Below, piece after piece: positions 53,325 to 64,000 of a stretch of 64,000 bases of DNA. The position numbers and the translations under genes are program-made. The stretch is taken from assembly GCA_965287045.1 (NCBI GenBank), contig OZ336870.1, positions 132,680,001 to 132,744,000 of the forward strand. Reading direction: 5' to 3'. The first letter of the stretch is position 1. Each line of letters starts with the position of its first letter. The notes beneath the pieces are model-generated. The model was not told the DNA's origin. It did not search any database and was given only the letters and a program-made list of their open reading frames with translations. Origin of the DNA: Carcharhinus amblyrhynchos (taxonomy: Eukaryota).

Positions 53325-56300
53325 GTGTTCCTTCAATCTTTCTTTGCTTTACTCATTTTTTTTCCATTGAATTGGATTATTTCTGTTGTGAAATCTTAAT
53401 GCTGTTTGTCTAAAACGTCCCAACTGCTGCCCAAAAGTAAATCAAACCTTCTCACAGAATGTTCCTGGTTTTTTGAATAATGAGATATAAACCACAAATT
53501 TATCTAAATCTCTTTTAAACGTTGCCATTCTTCCAGCTTAACATATTAAGGAACATTTGTATGTTAAATTGAAAATAATATGGCCCTATTACACATTTAT
53601 TTTTCTTGCAGTTTATTACTAGCATAAAAAATCATGGCCCATAACTTCCGCTCTCTGAAGGGGTCATACCTGGCAGGTATCCTAGAAGATGCACTGGGGT
53701 ACCTCTCCCCAGAAATCACCATGCAAGTACTGCACAGGAATTGTCGTAAGAAGTTAAAACTTCAGATGGTCAGTTACTCTGCACTGGGAATAATTTGATA
53801 CTAAAATTTAAATCCGTGACACTTCAACTCCTGAATAATTTTAAACCCCACAGGGCTCCGAGAGTCCCCTCCCCATCCCGCCTGACTCCCAGAACCCATT
53901 CACTCCCTCACCATGACTCTTACCCGTCTCACTGATCCCCTGCCCCCCATCAACTGACCATCAGAGCAAGCCTGACCTATTCTATCCTTCCACTGACTAC
54001 CTGACCATTCCACTGACCACTTTCCCCCACCCTTGCCTCCTGACCCATACCCCAACAGCCCAACTTTGATTGCCACTTCTCAGATACTTTGGCCCATGTT
54101 TCTACCAAAAGTTGGTTGTTTCATAAATTGCATTTAAAACAATTTCTTATGAACTGTGATTTATGATCAAATATTAATTGAGATAGCAATGCTCCTCAAT
54201 AGTTTAGCTATGAAGTTCTTGGTTTTTTTAGCCCTCTAGTGTTGTTGACTCAGCAAGACATTTCTGTTTCTCATACTATCTTATCCCTTTAGCCTCCTTG
54301 AGTGAACTTATATAATTAGTAACAAATTTTATACCCTGGGTATGCTTCTCATGGGAGTTAAATTTGAGACAGCTTATATACATTTTACTTATAATCCTTG
54401 AAGATTCTTCATTAAAGGGTGACTTTTCACCCATCTGTTTGGGCTAGATTTAAACAAGGTATTAAATGATGTATTAACCCACTCTACTATTCTATCTTTG
54501 ACTTAAATCTAACAGTAGCTAACTGGCATAATAGTGATGTTACCTTCTCCTTTTATGCCAATTAAATACTGACAAACTTTTCTATGTTGTCTATAAAAAT
54601 TCTAGTCCAGAAATTGAGCGATTGTGATGTCAGTTCTGTGTCTCTCTCCCTTTGGCCTTCTAGTTGCATACAAAAGACAAATCAAAGTATTTATTTTTGC
54701 GGAATAATTTGTCCCTTTCAACCAAAGTGTAATACAATTGCTAATTTGAACTTTAGCCCATCATTAAGCCACACTTTTCATGTTACCAAATCATTGACTG
54801 TTGCTGAAAAAAGAGAAATTGAAGCTTTTCACCTTGTATTCATCAGGACACTCCATAAGAATACCAGAAGAAACTTTGACATGTCTCTTTATTTCAGCAA
54901 TGTTCAAGGTCCATGCTACCAAATCACTAGTTGACTAGTTCTTTTCTGACACCAAATATTTCATGAATTTTCTAGCACCAACAAATATAAAATTGCCAAG
55001 TGGTCTGCACATTCACAAATTTCTGATCTTCTTGTATAATATAGCTGCACCTCATTCTCAAAACGACAAGTGTGAAATGGTAACTCTGATGTTATATGCA
55101 TAATTTCAAATTCAGGTGCATTTAGTGTTCGAGTCATCCGACCATGAAGTTAGAGAAGTAAGATGTGAATATTTTGAATTAGAAGTATATATATCAATAC
55201 TTTTATTTTACAATATTCCAGTTTTTATTTCTTTGAGTAGCCTAGCTATTTTAAAACATCAACTGCACCATATATTGAATTGGAGTTTGAATTTTTGAAT
55301 GTGAACCATTCTTATCTAGATTAATTTAGAAATCAGATTGCATTTACAGAGAAGACATAATTGAATGGATGAAAGAATTTCAAAAGCTTTTCCAGTTAAA
55401 TAATTTTGTTGAGTCTTCATCTGTAAATGTGTCTAGATTATGACATTTAAAACAAGATTTTATTTACCTTGTCTAGTAATGAAAAAGGTTTCTCCGAAAC
55501 TTTTTTTTTAAACAATGTTCTTTCTCAGTTTGGCCTTAATTTTTAGATAGATCTACTTTACTCTTTGGACCTGCGTATATCTGTAATTGTTTAAACCAGT
55601 TAAAAACTTTAGAACTATAAAATATCACATAGCAAAGTAGTTCTGCTGAGGCTAGTTATGTATTTATTGCTAAAAAGAGACATCTTTTTGGGGGATTGAT
55701 TCGTACTGAAGTAAGGCCTCCAGTGTAGAGGTGGCAGAGTAAATACCTGAAGAGTAATGTTGTCTGTGCTGCCGATCAATATCAGACCCACCATTGTACT
55801 CCAGGCACTCCCTTGTTAAAAACAAATTTGTTAATTCTGACAATTTAATTGCATTTCCCAGGGCTGATTTTAAGAGCATTTAAAGGGTTTTAGTGAATGA
55901 AAGTGCTCAGATCTTTTTTTGTTGTAACTATTGCTGCTATCCATGTGCTTCATGGATTACTTTTCCTTTGCAGTATACCAATATTCAGTCATATTTTCTT
56001 TTTTTTAATCAATAATATGTATTAGAATTAATACCTAATGCTGGATTTGGTATTTTGAACTTTGTTCTATAGCGATTGTTCTTGGTGATTATAATATAGC
56101 TACAAGCATCATCTCTGAACAATTACAATCTTGAGTTATGTTGCCAACTCAACAATTTTCTGGTTAACCAAGTAAAGCTTGTACATGTGGACTATACTTG
56201 TATCCAATGTATCCAAATACATTTTTAATGTTGGTAAAGAGCTGGCATTTTATTAACCAAACTTTTTGACCTTTGTTTTAATCTTGACTTTGTACTGCTG

Positions 56301-59300
56301 ACAGTTGCACTGCAGCTCATGTGAAGTGGGAACATGTGAGGCAGTCCTCTCAGTGCAATTTTCATTGCTTGCCTGAGTTTGATTGTTTTCAGTTGACTCA
56401 ATTTTTGCTTATGTAAAACTGAAAATATTTTTCATTACAATGTTTATTATGAAGAGCTGTTGTATTTTATTTAGTATTAGCAGGTCAGGACTTTTTAATA
56501 ACTAGTAAAAGTTATTATCCACTGTTGGGCTATAAGCTGCAACTGGCCTTGTATGTGGTATATGTTGCTGCTAACTAAAGAACCTCAAGGGAGAGTTAAT
56601 TGCAGGAAGGCCATGTTAAATATTTGTATGGGAGTTTTTTTCCCTACAGCAAACATTTTTTTTCACCTTTGAATTAACAGTTTACAAAAATACTTGACAA
56701 TTTGTCTTCTCTACACAAGCTGAGCAGCTAAATTTAAGACTACAGCATACAATTTAGACCTTGTCCTACTAATTGTTTTTCAGGCCTTGAATAATTTGCT
56801 ATTTTATATAGATTTTTTAAACTATCTTATTGCAGTTGAGTGGAATGAAGGAGACCATTTGAGCTGTTAAATAACCAAGGTATGTTGAGATATTTGTATC
56901 TATGTTGTAAAACAATCTGGAAAAAGACAGCATTGTATTTGGAGGACAAATTTGAAACATGACTGATTTAGCAGGCCACTAGGGACTATATTACTGTGGT
57001 ATACTAATAGATTGAATTGCTTTGTTTTCTTGAAATAATCATAGTAAAATTGCATATTTTTGTGACAAGCGTGATTTTGGAAAAGTAAATACGATTCTGC
57101 TAGACTAGAATGAACTAATGAGATATAATGTTTCTATATTTGTTGCATTTCTGAAATATTAGAGGCCCTGTTTGTATAATTATGAGAAATTAGAAATTAT
57201 GAGAAATTTAATTCCCAGGTATTAAAGTTAGGATATAGGGAGAGAGAAAACACACAGCAATGTTGACTAATTAAATAGCTTAGCAAATGTGAATAATTAA
57301 AATATTATAGATGAGGAACATTTGGTATCAAATATGATATATTTGGGTCATAATGAGAGAGATTCCATATAACTGCTGTGAATTAATGTATATGACTGAC
57401 TTTGGAGGCAGTTAATTTTGGTTTGACATCATCTGAAGAAGTTGGTCTCACTTTTTGGTCTTCACACCAGCTACAGTTCAGATGAAGAAATATTTTTGAA
57501 TGTAAAAATCACATGCCCTCCATTTAAATTGCAATATTAAAACATCAATATGAGCACAATCATGTTTTTAAAATGTTTTAATTTTTTTAAAGTTCTCTGT
57601 TAACCTAATATCAATGAGCATATGATGTACATGTCTTCTATTTATGCATTAAGTAATGATGTACTGATGTGAAATACTGTGTTGTTGCTAGTATGGAGAG
57701 ACAGATGTAATACTCAGTACTGATGCTTTGCATCTCTCGAAGAAGCGTATCTACACTTTCAACAGCCAAATGAAGTGCAAATTATTGTGGTCATATTTTG
57801 TTTAATTTGCTGAAGAGGGGCACTGATAATGTGTGGAATTGTTGAGTATCTGCCAAAACATTATCTCATAGAAACACTAACATATTAAACAGTGAAATGG
57901 TCAGAAACCATTTTCCTAAATACGATCCACGTGGTAAATGAAGAAAACACTATTAACAACAATCAGGAAACTTGGGGATGTGTTTTTATTTTTTGAATTG
58001 TCAAAAGTCTTGAGCGTTGTCGTGTTTTGATAGTCTTTCTCTTCTGAAAATTAGTCTCTTGGAGATTAGTCTCGTTGTGAAATGGTATTATTTATAATGA
58101 GTGTTAATGGCAGGAGTTAAAACAGAAAATAGAAAAATGTGAATCCAGTTTTACAGTACTTTGTACCCACACTGCAGACTATTGTGTTGGGTTCAGTTCC
58201 AAGTAACTTGGGTGCCAAAACCTTCTGAAGCTGCACCTTTACTAAGGCATCAAATGACCATGTTCTTGGAATAACTCAATTTGTGAACATGTGAACTTTT
58301 TTTGGCTCCATTATTTAATACCACCACCACCACCCCCACCCCCCCACCCGGCCCCCCATTTATTGAAAGTATCAGTCATTTCATAGGCTTGGATTATGTT
58401 TTTAAATGTGGCAATTAAGTTTTCAAAATGATTGTCACAATCGTCACAGTAAGACTCTGGAGCAGTTTGAGCTATTTCTGCCAAACTGTTTAGCTATTTT
58501 ATATTTTTTGTTTAAATATATTTAAAATTTCAACAGTACTAAGGTTAATGGAAATATTTTTTAAAGTGCTGTTTTAATTTTCGTTTTATAGCATTGCCTT
58601 TTTATGATAGTGTGTTCCAATCTAAATGCTTCTTTTAAACGCAAGTAATTTGAAACCAAAATTTAGTAAAACTGAAATGTACTAGGCCTGCATTTTAACT
58701 ATATTTGTTAGAATCACCAGGTGAACATAATTCTTGTACAAAATTGTTTTATCTCCCTATTTAATATGATCAATTTTAACATTTAATGTGAAGTTTTATG
58801 GCTCATTCCTGTACCGCAAACAAAAATTTCAAACACTGTAGACAACATTTTCAAATTCTATGATGGGCCACTGTGTAAAATTTAATTACTAATCCCAAGG
58901 AAAGTTTAATTGGCATTTTTCTTGTATTTCGTGAAAGTCATTGCCTTTTAATACAGATCGGCAAAAAGCAGCTGCCATATGTTATTTAGTTTGTCAGTCT
59001 GACTTGTGCCATTGTAGCTAAAGTCAGTGCGGAGTGAGTTTAGTCGGAGGTTGTCTTTTCTAATGTAATCATTTTGCCGGATAGAGCAAGAGTTCGAAAC
59101 ATCTCTGCATGGTAAATTTTGTGAGCTGCGTTTGTCCCTAAATCTCCTTGGCGTTACTTTTACTTTTGAAATACTTGTTAATGTGACGTTTTAATAATTG
59201 CAATTGGAGGGCGCCAAGAACTTAATAATTGGAGTCGGTGAAAATGTTTTAGATAGCTGCTGAAACGAGTACTTAATCGGTTGATGGTAATTTGTTCTGG

Positions 59301-60046
59301 CCTGAAATCTGTGGCTGCTATGCTATCTAAGGTTACAGCGGGTTGACTTCAGCCTTTACGTATTTAATTTTACGTGGAGCGAAATGTTGAAGTTTCGTAA
59401 CGAGACTCATTTTTAAAAAGTTAAATAGTTTTACTTTTCTGTCGCATGGAACTCATGAATATACTTTTGCTTTATTTTGTACAGATGTTTTTGCCAAGCT
59501 GCTTTTCTAGTCGGCGTTTTTAGTTGTGTTTTCTTAAATGCGATTGACGTTTTCTGAATTTTATAACGTTAGTCCATTGGTATGAAAGGAAGGTTTGTTG
59601 TGATCTAGTACAACTTGGAAGGGCACAGCGGCTCTCCGTAACCTGTGACCCGGTTCTCTTGGTATCTGGTGAATACCATTTGATTTGAATACCCGACGCG
59701 CGTTATATAAATCTATAAAAATGCCACTACACTAAAATGAAGACGGAATGGTCAAATTCAAACGTGAGCAATATTCTTAATACAGATCTCCTTGAAATAA
59801 AATGAGTTCCGAGGGTACTGAAACGTTCCTGCTTCTAATTTTAGCAGTGGAACTTCTCATAAAACTGCAACCCTTTTTGAAGTCGAGATTATAAATGTTG
59901 ATCACGAGTGAAAATTCTCGTTTTTTATGAAATGTTGAACTAATGCCTGTAATCGACATTTTTGTGGTTGTTAGATCTTTCATTGTGATCCTGTTTGGAC
60001 CCGACTTTCTTAGTTTCTCATGGGTTTGGGTCGTCTACGTTGGCAG

Positions 60047-60193
60047 GTTCTGAAGATGATGTGCTGGCTAAAGGCAGACAGTCCATTCGAACCCAAGCTG
60101 TGGGCAACCAGAACTCTGAAAGCGAGATTCTGCTGGAGGGAGATGACGATACGCTCACTTCACTGGAAGAGAAGGAGATTGATAACATGGCGG
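60047..60193 (+). CDS. LRBA: LRBA coding exon, 147 bp
   Basis: tggcag acceptor and G|gtaaaa donor. GSEDDVLAKGRQSIRTQAVGNQNSESEILLEGDDDTLTSLEEKEIDNMA is closer to LRBA (ILAKGKQSIRSQALGNQNSENEILLEGDDDTL) than to NBEA, as recalled. Phase 1 at both ends. Confidence 0.93.
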
Positions 60194-63100
60194 GTAAAAT
60201 AATTTATCTTTCTTTACACCAGCTTAACGTTGTAACTAAAGCTTCATGTGTAATTTCACAAGCTCAGTCCGGGGACTGTTGCTGGGACAGTGATGAATTG
60301 GCCCGATCCTAATGAAGCCAATAAAAATATCATTTTCCTTCGCAATTGTATCAGGAGCTCTAACATTACATTAGCATTTGGCTTTCCCCATTTCCCCGTG
60401 TGCCTGATTTGTCTCCGTGCACTTCATTTCTACTCACCTTGAAAAGTTTGCAATGAAATGACATGACTGTCGAGTTTTGTTTTTGAAGTGCCCTGTACCA
60501 CAGTGACTGATGTGATTTCCTGCCGCCGATAACTTTATAGCGGGTTTAAATATAGACCCGAATCCCAAGCCTCTTAAAAACAGACCTCTAAAGGGCGAGT
60601 CAGCCCGTGTTGTCCATTATGTACCCAACATGGTTACCCACTTCTGTTCGTATAGCCTTTCAGTCGTCGTAAATACAGTCAACTTTGGTCAAATTTGACT
60701 TGAGAACTGCAGGGAAAAGTTAAGCCTAAAAGCGTAAATATAAACAAGCTTAATTTTTCCCCCATATTTGATTATTGCGTAAAATGAGTTTACAGTTTAT
60801 TCTCCACGATATTCAGACGTGACATATGTTAAGGAATGTCACTTTATATGTGATATCTGTTGTATTTCCTCATTTCTTATCTTCATCCGTTATCTGGTGA
60901 GTATTGTTAAACAGGAGGAATAATGTCCCAATAAATAAATATGTCCCAGGTCGCATCAGAAAGAGTTAAAATGCATTCGTCACCCGGTAGATGGCTAGCT
61001 CTGGGAATAGTTCTGGGCAGATGGGAGGTTCGTCGAAGATCTCAATATTAAATTTAAAAAATGATCCGATCATATGTAAGGTGATATTCCATTCTTTCAG
61101 ATATCCAATAGATAACTGCCGATGTATTTCTCTATGACTGAATTTCGGAACAGGTGGCATTGCTGCTATCTCTGGCTGTGGGGTGGCTGGGTAGGAATGG
61201 AGCACGGATGTTACCGCGCTGGGAAATGGAAAGGGGAAAAGAGGATTAACTGCTGCCATTGGCGAGGAAATGGGGTAGCTGCCATGGCTGGATGCAAAAA
61301 ATAAGAAATGTGTTATCCCCTAGGTTGGTGGTGGGAACAGATTGCTGTGACTGCGGAGAGAGGGGGCAGATGTCATCAAGGGGGCCCAAGCGTGTAGCCG
61401 TTTTGGGGGGGGGGGGGGGGTGTTGGGGGAGGGGTGCCGGAATGCGAGTCTGAAAGCAAGCAAGGACACAACCTGCAATACAGAGTGAAATGTTCTAAAG
61501 CACTAAGAGTTCAACAATTATGTTGTATTTTGACCGTTGCTTAAAACCGAATTCAATAAACATAATTCAAGGAAATATAGCCCAAAGATGTGTTATGCTT
61601 GCAATCTGTATGCCTAATACCTTTAGAAATGATATGTTTCATATTTGGGATCTTTCGTATTCTATAACACGGCATTGAAGACAGCCACCTTAATTTAAAT
61701 TGCATTGTATAGCGCTACATTTTGGAACTGTTTATTTTAAATGATTTCATTTCTATGTGTATAGGCAAATAACACCGTGTGATGCGTAAATGTTGTTTTC
61801 AACTTCCCAGTAAAGTAACAAGTGTGAAATTGTTTTGCGATGTAACCACTTTCCCAGTACAGCGCAGATATCCGTAGTAGAAAGTGTAAAGGGGTGAGAG
61901 CAGGGTTTAATTATAAAATCTTGACATTGGGAATAGGATTAAGCAGTAATCCTTTCTAATAAAGTCTGCAGTGTAAATTAACTGGAAGTTATCAGGGGTC
62001 TCCTATAGGAGCCATGGGCTGTATGCAATGCCAGATCATTGCAGATGGCTGCTGTGTTCTCATTGTAATTGAATGTCTCACCGTGATTGAAAAATGTTAT
62101 TTCTCTCCTGTATTACATGTTAATGCATTAAGGGCACGGCGAGACGGCAGAGAACACGAGATGGTGATTCCATCCATTTTTGAAAGAGCTTGGGGAAATC
62201 AAGGCGGTTTTGTATCTATCTGCTGACCATCTGCAAACACAGTATATTGTAGACTGGGAATAGAGGACAAATCCTGCTCTAATCTCACATGAGAATCGCC
62301 TGCTATTGTCGAGATGGCATACATTAAGATTGATGAGAGATTAAAGACTACTCGGGTCTAAGCAATCAATGAAAATGACAATTAATTTGGAAATTTTTTG
62401 GCAATTACTCACAGAATGATTACCTCCACCAGTTCGCGGAGCGAACCCGATTTCGATGTCGAATATATTTTTAACATAAAGCCGTCAGTCGAATAGCGAA
62501 ATTTTGCGCTTCTGAAATCTGCACAGGCCGCAGTTTGAAATACGGCCCCGGGCGCTTTTTCTTTTAGTACATTCATATGGTTAGGCATAGTGTATACATT
62601 TTCTAAATCACATATTAAAAATAAATGCAGAAGAAAGTAGTGGCTACCGTATTTCAGCCTCTAGGATGCTCCAATATGATTTTATGACATAAATGGGTTA
62701 AACCTATCTATTGTTAAAATATTTCCCTTCACCTTCCTTCACAGAACTTTCATAGTTCTGTCCTTTGGAGCACATCAAATAAAACACCTATCAGTTTTGG
62801 ATGTTTATATCTAATGTTTTAATACTTTTGTTTCGAAATAATCCTTCTATAAATCCCGTTGTACTTAGTAATTATTACAGTGCCGTGCATTCAGCTGTAT
62901 ACCAACCGGGCAGCTGTGAAATGTGGATTCCCGGCATCTGACAGCAAGGACAATTCCCATAAAAGCTGCGCGCAAATAGAGGGGGTTAAGAGGCGATTTT
63001 TTTCATCAGTTGTTGTTCCAAAACTAAGTCATTGACCATTTCTAAGCCTATTAAGTAAAATATACATTTTAATCGCGGTGTAAATTGTATGAGTATTATG

Positions 63101-63410
63101 TATTGGTAAATAAAATAGCTGTACTTTAACAGGTCATCCCACAAGTTAAATCAAAATCTGTAAATTTTGTTACAATTACGGCAAACTCCTTTGCAAAAAT
63201 CTCCAAAAACGTGCAAACGTTTGAATTTTTAATACATCACTAGTGTAATGTTTACACAAAATGTAATGTGATTGCTTTCATTTTCAGATTTGTTTGCAGA
63301 TATTTTTCTTGCTGCCTTTTTATTTGTTTGTAAAATCATATTTTGATTAAGCTTCTACTTGTCTAAAAAAAAGCTAACAGCTGTCAGTAAACCATCCTAT
63401 TTCTTTCCAG

Positions 63411-63547
63411 GACCTGTGAATTTCACCACTTCTGTCCAGCTCATAGCTCCAGCTGTCGTTGCTAAGGGAACGCTGTCAATCACCTCTTCCGAGCTCTACT
63501 TTGAGGTGGACGACGATGATCCCGGTTATAAAAAACTAGACCCCAAG
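63411..63547 (+). CDS. LRBA: LRBA coding exon, start of PH-BEACH domain, 137 bp
   Basis: ttctttccag acceptor and AAG|gtaaga donor. GPVNFTTSVQLIAPAVVAKGTLSITSSELYFEVDDDDPGYKKLDPK; splices in frame with the previous exon. Confidence 0.95.
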
Positions 63548-64000
63548 GTAAGACGGCGCTGACACAACTGGGACTTTGTTTAAGTGACAGTCCTTAAATA
63601 CTCAAGATTTTAACCCCCAGAACAGCTGCTGATGCGCATAACGTTGCTTCATGTACGTGATCGGGCAGGACCTCGTGCATTCATTAGAAAGTAGCGAAAT
63701 GACAATGACTTAGCTACCTTACAGATAAAACAGCGCTACTGTAATTGCAGCAGAAATTTTATGGTATATATTTAATACTGAGTCTGCACCGTTATATAAA
63801 ATTCCGTTCCATCTGTTAATTGTGCAGCTTTTAAAGTTGAAACAACCACTTTTGCTTGTTATCGAATGTTTTACACCATAAATTAGTTTCATTAGTCTGT
63901 TGTAATGCAATATGTTAATATTACATTTTATTTTGAAAATGATGCTTTGTTACCAATCCTAAGCCTTATCTGTGTAGATACTTAAGAGCAAAGGTAAGCA

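Larger units (their letters stand above)
58800..64000. promoter_or_regulatory. CpG-retaining, transposon-free domain (putative hypomethylated regulatory region)
   Basis: CG dinucleotides are visibly frequent here and rare in unique sequence upstream; no recognisable repeats. Confidence 0.6.

Noticed and set aside
44100-56000. Many 60-136 aa ORFs
   Set aside because: No recognisable motifs or coherent splice structure; consistent with chance ORFs in intron sequence.
59995-60312. 105-aa ORF as a standalone gene
   Set aside because: It is the LRBA exon plus read-through into intron on both sides; the splice sites define 60047-60193.
61360-61440. G-run as a functional G-quadruplex
   Set aside because: Mostly a homopolymer, with nothing else supporting function.
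60047-63547. Assignment to NBEA
   Set aside because: Diagnostic residues (LAKGRQSIR, NQNSESEILLEGDDDTL, SSELYFEV, DPK) fit LRBA better, although a few positions are NBEA-like. A phylogeny would settle it.
1-64000. CRISPR arrays or prokaryotic systems
   Set aside because: The sequence is eukaryotic intron; no repeat-spacer arrays or operons are visible.

Overview
Vertebrate nuclear DNA, almost certainly from a shark or ray (HE1-type V-SINEs, Deu-type SINEs, abundant CR1/L2 LINEs and Penelope-like elements). The whole window lies inside the BEACH-family gene LRBA (+ strand). Three coding exons can be read and spliced in frame: 18776-18900, 60047-60193 and 63411-63547. The 41-kb intron between the first two holds the main object of interest, a nearly full-length but decayed endogenous retrovirus (~29572-37871, + strand, LTR-PBS-gag-pro-pol-env-PPT-LTR). 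It has an unusual mix of characters: tRNA-Phe primer site, two Gag zinc knuckles, a -1 frameshift gag/pro junction, RT motifs that read foamy/class-III-like, and a gamma-type env (ISD plus CX6CC). The same intron also holds a decayed Ty3/Gypsy element and Penelope-derived hairpins with minimal hammerhead-ribozyme motifs, one flanked by a perfect 16-bp target-site duplication. The last ~5 kb is CpG-rich and free of recognisable transposons, as expected next to the nested MAB21L2 gene, which is predicted to lie just beyond the right edge. Repeat boundaries are read by eye and approximate; no database searches were run.
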